Positions 18,992 to 28,300 of a stretch of DNA of 64,000 nucleotides are shown here, piece after piece; the stretch's first letter is position 1, and each line of letters begins with the position of its first letter. A program made the position numbers and the translations under genes. The notes beneath the pieces were generated by a model that saw nothing but the letters and a program-made list of their open reading frames with translations, was not told where the DNA came from and searched no databases. This stretch comes from Candidatus Iainarchaeum sp. Its GTDB lineage: Archaea > Iainarchaeota > Iainarchaeia > Iainarchaeales > VGJJ01. The stretch covers positions 2,843 through 66,842 of the forward strand of contig JACQJG010000018.1 of assembly GCA_016198125.1 (NCBI GenBank). Direction: 5' to 3'.

Positions 18992-19735
18992 TTAGAGCGT
19001 TCTGATAAAGAACGCGCCTTTCTTTTTGTATCCCATGGTTTTTGCAACCAACCCATAAAGGGCGTGCATGCTGGCGCGGATGGCTTTGACTTTTCTTTCT
19101 TTTTCTTCTTTGTCCTTTGCAGAAGCAAGCGGCCACTGGTAATAGTGCAAGGATTCAGGCGTGCGGATTTTTATTGTTTTAAACCCGTTTTTTCGTGCGT
19201 GTTCTTCAAGTTCGCGCAGCAATCTGTTTGCACAGGGTTCTCCGAGTGCATGGTTGAGGGCTCTTATTTCATTTTGGGGGCGCTGGCCTTGCATGGCTTC
19301 TACAATGATTGTTTTGCGTTCAAAGCCCAATTGCAGTACGAAGTGAGGGAAGCTGTGATTTTCGTGCGTGATGCGCAGTCCCACTAAAGACTCGTTTCCA
19401 GAAGCCCCTAACGCAATTTCATACGAGGGGCCTTCTTTTGTGTGGAGGGTCTTTTTTTGGTGGGTGGCCAAAAACGTTGCACCATAGCGAATAATGTTCT
19501 CAATATCTGCAGTTCGGTACGCGGAAGGCGGTGTAACATGCCTTAAACGTGGAGCTCCCACTTCCAATGCTTTAGCCCGGCCATATTCCAGAAAGTAGTG
19601 TAAAACGCTTCCAGGGTGTTTGTGTGCAAGGAAGTCTGCGCGCTTCCATGCAATGGATTCTGCAGCTTCTCTGGGGGAAAATGGTTTTCCCTGGCGGCTT
19701 GAGTGGCGGTAGATTGCAAGGGGCCTGCGCGGCAT
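18992..19735 (-). CDS. Hypothetical protein, GNAT/VirK(DUF535)-like; paralog of 14536..15216
   Basis: LGFERKTIIVEAMQG...LLRELEEHARKNGFKTIKIRTPESLHYY. Confidence 0.65.
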   Translation of the reverse strand: MPRRPLAIYRHSSRQGKPFSPREAAESIAWKRADFLAHKHPGSVLHYFLEYGRAKALEVGAPRLRHVTPPSAYRTADIENIIRYGATFLATHQKKTLHTKEGPSYEIALGASGNESLVGLRITHENHSFPHFVLQLGFERKTIIVEAMQGQRPQNEIRALNHALGEPCANRLLRELEEHARKNGFKTIKIRTPESLHYYQWPLASAKDKEEKERKVKAIRASMHALYGLVAKTMGYKKKGAFFIRTL

Positions 19736-19797
19736 GAATGCAGTACTGTGTGCAGGGTAATAAACGTTCCTTTTCCGCGTTTCATTAAAATAGGAGA

Positions 19798-20694
19798 ATG
19801 TCTTTTCACACGTGCATGCCTTCGGTGATGAAACCTGGGTGGTTGAAAATCCGTCCGCCGGATTTGAAACCGTTTGAGGAAACGCGTTCGGTTATTTCTT
19901 CTTTGAATTTGCACACGATTTGTGTGGAAGGCCATTGCCCCAATCAAAGCGAGTGCTGGTCCAATAAGACTGCGTCATTCATGGTGTTGGGGAAAACGTG
20001 CACGCGGGGATGCAAGTTTTGTGCAGTAAGCACTGCGTTGAAGGGCGATGTCCTTGATTCGCTGGAACCTGCGCGTTTGGGAGCGGCAGTAAAACGGTTG
20101 GGCTTGGAGTATGTGGTGATTACTTCCGTGGACCGCGATGACTTGGAAGACCAGGGGGCTGGACACATTGCACAGTGCATTCGTGAAGTGCGCCGCCAGT
20201 CTTCAAGCACGGTAGTGGAAGCATTGATCCCGGATTTTAGGGGCAGTGAAGAATGCCTGCAAACCGTGCTTCAATCCAACCCCCACGTGCTTTCCCATAA
20301 CCTTGAAACAGTAAAGCGCTTGCAGTCGTATGCCCGGGACCGCCGGGCTTCGTACGAGCAGTCTTTGGGGGTTTTAAAAAATGCAAAAAAACAGTGCCCA
20401 TCAATGTACACCAAGTCCGCGCTCATGTTGGGCTTGGGCGAAACGCAGGAGGAAGTAATACAGTCCATGAAAGACTTGCGGGTCATGAACGTGGATTTTT
20501 TGTCTTTGGGGCAATACTTGCGTCCTTCTGAATGGCATGTGCCTGTTCATGAATACGTGTCTCCGGATCAGTTCAAATGGTATGAAGAGAAGGGGTTTGA
20601 GTTGGGTTTCAAGTTTGTGGCCGCAGGGCCTTTTGTGCGTTCTTCTTATCGTGCAGGAGAATACTTTGTTGGCAACATGGTTTCGCGTGTTTGA
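19798..20694 (+). CDS. lipA: Lipoyl synthase
   Basis: CVEGHCPNQSEC, CTRGCKFC, RSSY motifs. Confidence 0.96.
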   Translation: MSFHTCMPSVMKPGWLKIRPPDLKPFEETRSVISSLNLHTICVEGHCPNQSECWSNKTASFMVLGKTCTRGCKFCAVSTALKGDVLDSLEPARLGAAVKRLGLEYVVITSVDRDDLEDQGAGHIAQCIREVRRQSSSTVVEALIPDFRGSEECLQTVLQSNPHVLSHNLETVKRLQSYARDRRASYEQSLGVLKNAKKQCPSMYTKSALMLGLGETQEEVIQSMKDLRVMNVDFLSLGQYLRPSEWHVPVHEYVSPDQFKWYEEKGFELGFKFVAAGPFVRSSYRAGEYFVGNMVSRV

Positions 20695-20733
20695 GCGCAT
20701 TCTTTTAAATGCGTAAATGCTTTGGATGAGGGT

Positions 20734-21936
20734 ATGCCTTTCAAGTCTGCTGCGTCGTTTGAAGTGAAATTCTTGCAAGTGTTAAATGAGAAGGGCGAAG
20801 TGGATTCAAAGTTGGAGCCCAGGATTTCTGGGGAGCGCTTGAAACAGTTTTATGAGTGGATGGTGCTTGCCCGTGTTTTTGATGAAAAGGCCATTGCCTT
20901 GCAGAGGCAGGGGCGCATTGGAACGTATGCTTCCGTAAGAGGCCAGGAGGCATGCCAGGTGGGTTCTGCGTGCCTGTTGAACGATTTGGATTGGGTGTTT
21001 CCTGCATTCAGGGAGAATGCCGCGCTCATTGTGCGCAAAACTCCGTTGAAAAATCTTTTGTTGTACTGGGGGGGCGATGAACGCGGCAGTGTTCCCCCGC
21101 TCGGAGTAAGGAATTTTCCGGTGGCCATTCCGGTTTCCTCGCAAATTCCTCATGCGGTTGGAGCAGCGTGGGCATGCAGGCTGCGCAATGAGAAAAATGT
21201 TTCATTGGTGTACTTTGGAGATGGAGCCACTTCAAGGGGCGATTTTCACGAGGCATTGAATTTTGCCGGCGTGTTCAAGATTCCAGTCATTTTCCTGTGC
21301 CAGAATAACCAGTACGCAATTTCGGTTCCGCGTTCAAGGCAATCGGCAGCGCAAACGCTGGCCCAAAAGGCGGTTGCGTATGGAATAGAGGGCATTCAAG
21401 TGGATGGAAATGACCTTCTTGCAGTGTATGTGAGTGTGCAGGAGGCCTTGGAGCGTGCGCGTGCAGGTAAAGGTCCAACGCTGATTGAGTGTTTTACGTA
21501 TCGTTTGGGGGATCATACCACTTCGGATGATGCCAAGCGCTACCGTACTGAAAGTGAAGTGGAGGAATGGAAGAAGAAGGACCCCCTTGCGCGTTTTGAA
21601 CTGTACTTGGCTTCCAAGAAGCTTTTTTCAAAGGAGTATCAGTCAGAGGTGTTGGAGCGTGCCCAGGCGTTGGTAGACCAGGCAGTACAGGAATACGAGT
21701 CTGTTCCGCTTCCTGCGGTAAGCGATTTGTTCAACTATGTTGCGGCACAATTGGATGCAAATGTTTCCATGCAAAAAGCCCGCTATTTGGAAGGGGTGGG
21801 CGCCCAGGATGTAGTACCTGTAACTCCGGTAGTTGCACCCCTCGTGAAAGGCCCAGCGAATCAATCTTCAAAGCCAGGCAAGAAGCGTGTTTCGCTTGAG
21901 GGATCTTCGAAGGCAGACGAGGTGCCGGACTTTTAG
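20734..21936 (+). CDS. pdhA: Pyruvate/2-oxoacid dehydrogenase E1 alpha
   Basis: LQRQGRIG, GQEA, GDGATS...CQNN TPP motif, HTTSDD. Confidence 0.93.
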   Translation: MPFKSAASFEVKFLQVLNEKGEVDSKLEPRISGERLKQFYEWMVLARVFDEKAIALQRQGRIGTYASVRGQEACQVGSACLLNDLDWVFPAFRENAALIVRKTPLKNLLLYWGGDERGSVPPLGVRNFPVAIPVSSQIPHAVGAAWACRLRNEKNVSLVYFGDGATSRGDFHEALNFAGVFKIPVIFLCQNNQYAISVPRSRQSAAQTLAQKAVAYGIEGIQVDGNDLLAVYVSVQEALERARAGKGPTLIECFTYRLGDHTTSDDAKRYRTESEVEEWKKKDPLARFELYLASKKLFSKEYQSEVLERAQALVDQAVQEYESVPLPAVSDLFNYVAAQLDANVSMQKARYLEGVGAQDVVPVTPVVAPLVKGPANQSSKPGKKRVSLEGSSKADEVPDF

Positions 21937-21941
21937 GGGTT

Positions 21942-22925
21942 TTGCTTATGAGTGTCATGAACATGGTGCAGGCCATTAATGCAGCGTTGGGGCAGGAAAT
22001 GCAGGCGGATGCCCGTGTCATTGTGCTGGGAGAGGATGTTGGAAGGGATGGGGGCGTGTTCCGCGTTACAGAGGGATTGTTGGAAAAGTTTGGCGAGAAC
22101 AGGGTTATTGACACTCCGCTTTCAGAGTTGGGCATTGTGGGGGCTTCCATTGGCCTTGCAGTGAACGGCATGCGTCCAATTGCAGAAATTCAATTTGATG
22201 GTTTCACGTATGCAGGTTTGGACCAGCTCATTGACCATGCTTCAAGGATTCGCACGCGTTCCAGGGGCGCGTACTCTTGTCCGTTGGTAGTGCGTTTTCC
22301 CTGCGGGGGAGGCATTCACGCGCCCGAACATCATTCTGAATCTCCTGAAACATACTTTGTTCACACTCCTGGGTTGAAAGTGGTGTGCCCTTCCACTCCC
22401 GGCGATGCAAAAGGATTGCTTGCTTCTTGCGTTCAGGACCCGGACCCTTGTATTTTCATGGAACCCAAGCGCATTTACCGTGCCGTTAAAGAGGAAGTGA
22501 ACGAGGAGCGTTACACGATTCCTTTTGGAGTTGCAAAGGGCGTGCGCGAAGGAGAAGATGTTACATTAATTGCGTGGGGGGCCATGGTGCGCGAGTGCGT
22601 GAAAGCCGCAGACCAATTGGAAGCAGAACACGTTTCGTGTGAAGTATTGGATGTGCGCTCGCTTAAACCCTTGGACGTGAATGCCATTGTAAACAGCGTG
22701 AAGAAAACCGGCCGCGTGCTGGTGGTACATGAGGCTCCAAAAACCCTTGGGTTGGGCGCGGAAATTGTTGCACTCATCCAGGAACATGCATTTCTTTCCT
22801 TGGAAGCCCCGGTTGGGCGCGTGACAGGGTTTGACGTGGCCATGCCCTTGTACAAACTGGAAGAGGCCTACCTTCCCAATGTGAATCGCATTGTGGAAGG
22901 CGTGCGCAGAACGGTTTTGTTTTAA
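21942..22925 (+). CDS. pdhB: Pyruvate/2-oxoacid dehydrogenase E1 beta
   Basis: GEDVG..GGVF, DTPLSE, EIQF.GF, EHHSE motifs. Confidence 0.93.
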   Translation: MLMSVMNMVQAINAALGQEMQADARVIVLGEDVGRDGGVFRVTEGLLEKFGENRVIDTPLSELGIVGASIGLAVNGMRPIAEIQFDGFTYAGLDQLIDHASRIRTRSRGAYSCPLVVRFPCGGGIHAPEHHSESPETYFVHTPGLKVVCPSTPGDAKGLLASCVQDPDPCIFMEPKRIYRAVKEEVNEERYTIPFGVAKGVREGEDVTLIAWGAMVRECVKAADQLEAEHVSCEVLDVRSLKPLDVNAIVNSVKKTGRVLVVHEAPKTLGLGAEIVALIQEHAFLSLEAPVGRVTGFDVAMPLYKLEEAYLPNVNRIVEGVRRTVLF

Positions 22926-22988
22926 TGCGCGCAGGCATTGGTTTTAAATGGATTGGGGGTGTTATTTTTTGGTTTTGAGGGACCGTGC

Positions 22989-23864
22989 ATGCGCGTGCAA
23001 ACCTTTTTAATTTTGTTTTTAATGGGAATCCTGCTTGCCCCTTTTGTGTTTGGCCATGAAACAGGCGAGGAGGAGCCTGTGGATGTTCACGCGGAAAACG
23101 TGCCCGTGGAAGCTTCTTTCACGGATTCCGCGCAGTTGGCTGAATTTCTTTCCGCTCAATCCTTGAATGTAGCTGGCATTGCAGCCCTTATCCTGTTGGG
23201 CGCGGTTGCATATGCCGTTCGCGTGCGCCCCCTTGGGGGGCATGCAAAGAAAATGCTTTTTTTAGTCATCCTGGTCACGTCCCTGTTGACCACTGCATAT
23301 TTGGCGGGTTCCACGCTGTACTTGAATGCCGCGTCCTTTACCCAGGGGCCCGTGCACTGGCACGCGGACTTTGAGGTGTGGAATTGCAGTGAAAAGTTGG
23401 ATTTGAAGGACCCTGAAGGGTTTTCCAACAAGGAAGGGGAAGAGCTCGTGCACGAGCATGGAGATGACCGCGTGCACGTGGAGGGCGCGTTGTTGGATGA
23501 AACCCAGGGCCAGCTTGGTTACTTTTTTAAGGCCGTGGGCGCTGAATGGAATGACGAAAGATTCGGGTATCCAACAAACCAGGGGGACGTGGTGCTTCCT
23601 GCAAAGGGAACGTGCAATGGGAGGCCCGCAGAACTCCAATTCTTCTTGTACCGCATTGTAAACCCGGGAAATGCAAGGCAATGGGTGTACAAGCAGTACA
23701 AGCTTTCCCCGCATGACGCGTATGAAACGGTCATGGCGCCTTATGGAAACGTTCCTCCAGGGGACTGCTTGATCGTTGAATTTGATGCTGTCAAGGAGCG
23801 TTCCGAACACGTGTGCTCGTCGTACGCGCATGCCATTCAAAGGGGGGAGTTAAATGGCCGTTGA
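22989..23864 (+). CDS. Membrane protein with His/Cys-motif soluble domain
   Basis: Signal peptide, two TM helices, VHWHADF and HEHGDDRVHVEG, four Cys; overlaps the next gene. Confidence 0.75.
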   Translation: MRVQTFLILFLMGILLAPFVFGHETGEEEPVDVHAENVPVEASFTDSAQLAEFLSAQSLNVAGIAALILLGAVAYAVRVRPLGGHAKKMLFLVILVTSLLTTAYLAGSTLYLNAASFTQGPVHWHADFEVWNCSEKLDLKDPEGFSNKEGEELVHEHGDDRVHVEGALLDETQGQLGYFFKAVGAEWNDERFGYPTNQGDVVLPAKGTCNGRPAELQFFLYRIVNPGNARQWVYKQYKLSPHDAYETVMAPYGNVPPGDCLIVEFDAVKERSEHVCSSYAHAIQRGELNGR

Positions 23865-24564
23865 AGCGTATCTTCCCACCATTGCAACGGTTGTTGTAAC
23901 CGCGCTCATCGATTCCATTAACCCGTGCGCGATTGGCGTGCTCATCCTCATGATCTCCATCCTCCTTGGAAAGCGCAAGTCCATGCACGACATGCTCTTA
24001 TACGGGGGGCTGTACATTTTCGCGGTTTTCCTGACCTACCTGCTGGCAGGCATTGGCCTTACATACGCGTTGAGCACCATTCCATTGTTTGTAACCGAGT
24101 ACTTGTCCATTGGGGTGGGGCTGCTCATTGTTTTTGCCGGCCTGTTGGAGGTAAAGGATTTTTTCTGGTATGGAAAAGGCTTTTCCCTGCAAATCCCTGC
24201 AAGGTTTGCAGCCAAGATCGACCGGTACGCGCAGAACGTGACCATTCCCGGGGTCATTTTGGTGGGCATGTTCGTGGCAGCCGTGGAATTGCCGTGCACG
24301 GGCGCCCCTTATCTTGCAATCATAACGTTGCTGTCCCAGTACTTTGACTTTACCGCGCTCTTGTTATTGGTCTTGTACAACGTCATATTCGTTTTGCCGC
24401 TCATATTCATTTTGCTGGCCGTGGCCGCGGGGAAAAGACTTTCAACGTTCAAGAAGTGGAAGCAGGATAATCGGGGAACGATGCGCTTGTTTATCGGGTT
24501 GATGTTGATTGGCATGGGGTGGTTGTTGATGTTGATTGCCAACGGAACCATTAACTTTGGGTGA
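23854..24564 (+). CDS. CcdA/DsbD-family transmembrane disulfide electron transporter
   Basis: Six TM helices; paired PC motifs DSINPCA and ELPCTGAPY. Confidence 0.85.
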   Translation: MAVEAYLPTIATVVVTALIDSINPCAIGVLILMISILLGKRKSMHDMLLYGGLYIFAVFLTYLLAGIGLTYALSTIPLFVTEYLSIGVGLLIVFAGLLEVKDFFWYGKGFSLQIPARFAAKIDRYAQNVTIPGVILVGMFVAAVELPCTGAPYLAIITLLSQYFDFTALLLLVLYNVIFVLPLIFILLAVAAGKRLSTFKKWKQDNRGTMRLFIGLMLIGMGWLLMLIANGTINFG

Positions 24565-24578
24565 GGCGTTAAAACAGC

Positions 24579-24920
24579 ATGCAGGAAAAAAAAGGCCGTA
24601 AAAAGGGGCAGGTGCGAATGCCCGCCCGCGCACGCGGTGCAGGGAATGTGAACGTGCACATCGTTAAACGCAAAGGCCATTTGGAAAGGTTTGATGAACG
24701 CAAGGTGTATGCTTCCTGTTATGAAGCGTGCCTTTCCGCGCAAATCCCCAATTCCACAGCTGAACACATTTGCGGGCTTGCCTCGGACGACGTTAAAAAG
24801 TGGGTGTTGACCCAGCGCCAAGTGAATTCACACCAAATTTTCCTGCGCGTAGCAGAATTCTTGCGCAAACACCACAAGGATGTGGCGTTCATGTATGAAA
24901 CCCACCGCGACGTTTCATGA
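24579..24920 (+). CDS. Stand-alone ATP-cone domain protein
   Basis: IVKRKGHLERFDERKV ATP-cone signature; stop overlaps an ATG of the pdhC frame (ATGA). Confidence 0.8.
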   Translation: MQEKKGRKKGQVRMPARARGAGNVNVHIVKRKGHLERFDERKVYASCYEACLSAQIPNSTAEHICGLASDDVKKWVLTQRQVNSHQIFLRVAEFLRKHHKDVAFMYETHRDVS

Positions 24921-26293
24921 AAACAGGGATGGTCATGGCATTGGATTTCAAATTCCCGGATGTAGGGGAAGGGATTACGGAAGGCGAGCTTATTCGCTGG
25001 CTGGTGCGTGAAGGCGATTCTGTAAAACAAGACCAGCCCTTGGCCGAAGTTGAAACCGACAAAGCGGTGGTTGAGATTCCTTCTCCGCGTGCAGGCACTG
25101 TACTCAAATTGTATTTCAAGGAAGGCCAAACCGTTAAAGTGGGTGAAGTAATGATAACCATTGGAGAGAAAGGTGAAAGCGTTTCAAGTGTGCCTGCCAA
25201 AGAAAAGCCTGCACAGCCTTCTCTGGAGTCCAAGCCCAATACGTCTTCCGTGGTGGGGGTTCTTGAAGAAGCTGCAGAACCTGTTCCTGTGCAAAAGCGT
25301 TCCGGAGTCTTTCCAGGGGCTATTCCTGCGTCTCCCAAGCCAGGCGGGTTGCCCGTGCTTGCGGCTCCATCCACGCGTCGTATGGCCAGAGAGTTTGGAG
25401 TGGATATTTCAAAGGTGCGCGGTTCTGGAGAGCAGGGGCGCGTGCTGGAAGAAGATGTGGTGCGCGCTTCCCACACCCAGCAGGCAGTAAAAGACTTGCA
25501 CGCCCAAGTCAAAGCAGTTTCATCAGAGGAATCCTTTTCGCGCATTCCGCTTTCAAAGGCCGCGTATGCAGAAGGCGAGGCCCTTGAGCGCGTGCCTGTG
25601 AAAGGCATTCGAAAGGCCACGTGGAAGCACATGGCGGAGGCTTTTACTCACACGGTGCCGGTCACTCACATGGACGAAGCCGATGTCACTGCATTATGGG
25701 ACGTGCGCGAAAAGGAAAAAATTCTCACACAAGAAAAAGGAATTAAGCTTACGTTCCTGCCGTTCATTGTTAAATCTGTTGTGGCCGCGTTAAAGGAACA
25801 CCCGTATTTGAATGCTTCATTGGATGAAGAGGCAAGCGAAATTGTGTTGAAAAAGTTTTATCATATTGGAATGGCCGTGGATGCAGGCGAAGGATTGCTC
25901 GTTCCGGTGATCCGAAACGCGGACAAGAAAAGCATTCTGCAAATCGCCAGGGAAATGAATGCATTGGCTGAAAAAGCAAAAAGCCGTTCGCTGGACTTGA
26001 GTGAACTCAAAGGTGGCACGTTCACTCTCACCAATGTGGGTTCTATTGGCGGTCAATTTGCAACGCCTGTCATTAATTTTCCTGAAGCCGCCATTTTGGC
26101 TACCGGGCGCATTTACGAAAAGCCGGTCGTTGAAAAGGGTTTTTTGTCCCATAAGGTTTTGGTGCGCAAGGTCCTGCCGCTTTCCCTGACATTTGATCAC
26201 CGCATTCTGGACGGAGCAGAAGCCGCACGCTTTACCAATGACATAATCAAGCGCCTTGAAGACCCGGATTTGTTGCTGGTGGAAATGGAGTAG
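24917..26293 (+). CDS. pdhC: Dihydrolipoamide acyltransferase E2
   Basis: Lipoyl domain EVETDKA, peripheral subunit-binding domain, DHRILDG catalytic motif. Confidence 0.95.
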   Translation: MKTGMVMALDFKFPDVGEGITEGELIRWLVREGDSVKQDQPLAEVETDKAVVEIPSPRAGTVLKLYFKEGQTVKVGEVMITIGEKGESVSSVPAKEKPAQPSLESKPNTSSVVGVLEEAAEPVPVQKRSGVFPGAIPASPKPGGLPVLAAPSTRRMAREFGVDISKVRGSGEQGRVLEEDVVRASHTQQAVKDLHAQVKAVSSEESFSRIPLSKAAYAEGEALERVPVKGIRKATWKHMAEAFTHTVPVTHMDEADVTALWDVREKEKILTQEKGIKLTFLPFIVKSVVAALKEHPYLNASLDEEASEIVLKKFYHIGMAVDAGEGLLVPVIRNADKKSILQIAREMNALAEKAKSRSLDLSELKGGTFTLTNVGSIGGQFATPVINFPEAAILATGRIYEKPVVEKGFLSHKVLVRKVLPLSLTFDHRILDGAEAARFTNDIIKRLEDPDLLLVEME

Positions 26294-26299
26294 TTTTTC

Positions 26300-27040
26300 A
26301 TGCCGGTTTTTGGAAAAGGCCGTGTCCGAAGGCCAAAGTTCTATGGAAAACCCGAACTTGAAGGGGTAAAGATTGAACTCTACAGGGAAAGCGTAAAGGC
26401 CGGCGCGGCTTCTGGCAGAAGGTACAGGCGAAGCAGAGGGTACAAGTATGAGATCACTCCCTTGTCGGGGGTTGAAAGATTCCTGCATTTCAATGTCACA
26501 CACTGGGTTTTAAAACGCTACAAGAAGGTAAAACGTCCTGTGAACGTGCTTGACTGGGGGTGCGGCCAAGGCACAGCTATCACTGAGTTGGTGAAAAGGC
26601 TTCCAAGCAAGGTTAACGCGTACGGGTATTCAAAAGATTTTTACCCTTCGTGGACTGAAAACCCGCATGTTAAATTCATCCAGGAAACCCACGACCAAGT
26701 GCCGAGGTTTTTTAAAAAAATTCCATTGGATCTTATCCTTTCGCTTGCAGGCCTGCACCATTTGCAGGCAAGCATGAGCCGCGGGGTTTCTCTTGCCGTG
26801 ATAGAGAATAGAAGGAGATGGTTGAAGGAATACAAAAAATACATTTTGAGGCTTGCAGAGCGGCTGGCTCCCGGGGGTGTGCTGGTGACAAGTTTTATTG
26901 GCCTGCCCAGCCATGTGGACGAATTCGCGTCTTCGTTCAATCCCAAAAAAGACAGGGTTCGGGCACGCGTCTTGCATTGTTCTTATTATCCAGGCGCCCC
27001 TGCGGGCGTGGACAATATTTTCATGCTTGAAAAGATTTAA
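26300..27040 (+). CDS. Class I SAM-dependent methyltransferase with basic leader
   Basis: VLDWGCGQG motif I, LDLILS, LAPGG. Confidence 0.8.
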   Translation: MPVFGKGRVRRPKFYGKPELEGVKIELYRESVKAGAASGRRYRRSRGYKYEITPLSGVERFLHFNVTHWVLKRYKKVKRPVNVLDWGCGQGTAITELVKRLPSKVNAYGYSKDFYPSWTENPHVKFIQETHDQVPRFFKKIPLDLILSLAGLHHLQASMSRGVSLAVIENRRRWLKEYKKYILRLAERLAPGGVLVTSFIGLPSHVDEFASSFNPKKDRVRARVLHCSYYPGAPAGVDNIFMLEKI

Positions 27041-27057
27041 ATTTTTTTTTGAAAGCA

Positions 27058-27816
27058 TTACCGCATCCAATTCCATTCCTTGGTGCAATAGCGTTGGCTT
27101 ACCAGTACATGGGCATCGTCCAATTCCGCGTTGGACCATTTTCCAAATGAGTAGAATTTGCCCTGCGTGAATCCTTTCAACAGTGCGTGTGCAACGTCTT
27201 CCCGGCTTACCTTTTTGTGGTCTAAGATGCGTGTTACGCGTTCTTCCACGCTTTGAATCATTTTGTCGCTTATTTTTTCCTTGCTCACTTTGAGCACGGA
27301 AAACATTTTTCTTACATCCAAATCGTACAAGATGGTTCCGTGTTGGGTGAGGATTCCGTTTCTCCTTGTTTGCGCGTTCCCGCTTATTTTTTTTCCATTC
27401 AAGGTAATGTCATTTATGGGTTTGAATTCTGCATGCAACCCCAGTTCTTTTAACCCGTTGGTAATCCACCCGCAAATCAAATGATAGGATTCTGTAATGC
27501 CTTTTGGAAAGTATTGTTCCGGGGCAATGACACTGTACGTGACTTCTCCTTCATAGTCGTGGTATACGGCTCCTCCGCCGGTCCTGCGCCGGACAAGGTC
27601 TATTCCAAGTTCCTTGCATTGTTCCACGTTGACTTCTTCTTCCATGCTTTGAAAGTATCCGATTGAAACTGCGCTGGGCTTCCACCGGTAAAACCGAATG
27701 GTCGGGTTCGCGTCTCCGTCTGTAAGGCTTTGCGCGCACGCCTCATCCAATGCCATGTTCAGGTACGCATCATGTTCTTCCAAGGGTATGACGCGCCATT
27801 CAGGGGTTTTGTCCAT
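27058..27816 (-). CDS. lplA: Lipoate-protein ligase catalytic subunit
   Basis: NMALDE, RRRTGGGAVYHD, KKISGNAQ, QHGT motifs. Confidence 0.93.
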   Translation of the reverse strand: MDKTPEWRVIPLEEHDAYLNMALDEACAQSLTDGDANPTIRFYRWKPSAVSIGYFQSMEEEVNVEQCKELGIDLVRRRTGGGAVYHDYEGEVTYSVIAPEQYFPKGITESYHLICGWITNGLKELGLHAEFKPINDITLNGKKISGNAQTRRNGILTQHGTILYDLDVRKMFSVLKVSKEKISDKMIQSVEERVTRILDHKKVSREDVAHALLKGFTQGKFYSFGKWSNAELDDAHVLVSQRYCTKEWNWMR

Positions 27817-28111
27817 TTCCCTTCCTCCCGTTTTCCACGGCCATTTGTACTGCGCGTGCCAGGCTTTCCGCGTCCACTCCCACCAATTCCATTTGGTTTA
27901 ACAGCACTGCGCGTTGAATGGCTTTTTCAAGTTCTCCGCTTGTTGAATTGGCTTTGAGTCCGTTCAATGCCTGTTCGATGTTGGCAATGCCTTCTTCCGG
28001 GTGCATGAAAAAATCGCCTGTGATTTGCACGCGTTCCAACCGCTCCACAAAGTCAACGCGCGCTTTGACCAGTTTTCCGTTTGGCACTTTGAGTACGCTG
28101 GCGCCTTGCAT
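27800..28111 (-). CDS. Lipoate-protein ligase C-terminal accessory subunit (LplB-like)
   Basis: KVPNGKL, ITGDFFMHPEE motif; adjacent to lplA. Confidence 0.85.
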   Translation of the reverse strand: MQGASVLKVPNGKLVKARVDFVERLERVQITGDFFMHPEEGIANIEQALNGLKANSTSGELEKAIQRAVLLNQMELVGVDAESLARAVQMAVENGRKGNGQNP

Positions 28112-28159
28112 AATATCATATACTTTGAATAAGCGGTTGAATTAAAAACAAAATGGAAG

Positions 28160-28231
28160 TGGGCCCGGGCGGAGTCGAACCGCCAATGTATTCCGTGTAA
28201 GGGAATCGTCTTTCCGATAGACCACGGGCCC
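28160..28231 (-). tRNA. tRNA-Val(TAC)
   Basis: GGGCCCG acceptor stem, ATTCC-CTTACAC-GGAAT anticodon arm, GGTTCGACTCC T arm. Confidence 0.92.
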
Positions 28232-28300
28232 TTTTGGAAGGGGCTTTTTAATTTGTGCCTTACAATGCCTTAAAAATGATCGCATGCCTTTGTTCATAAA

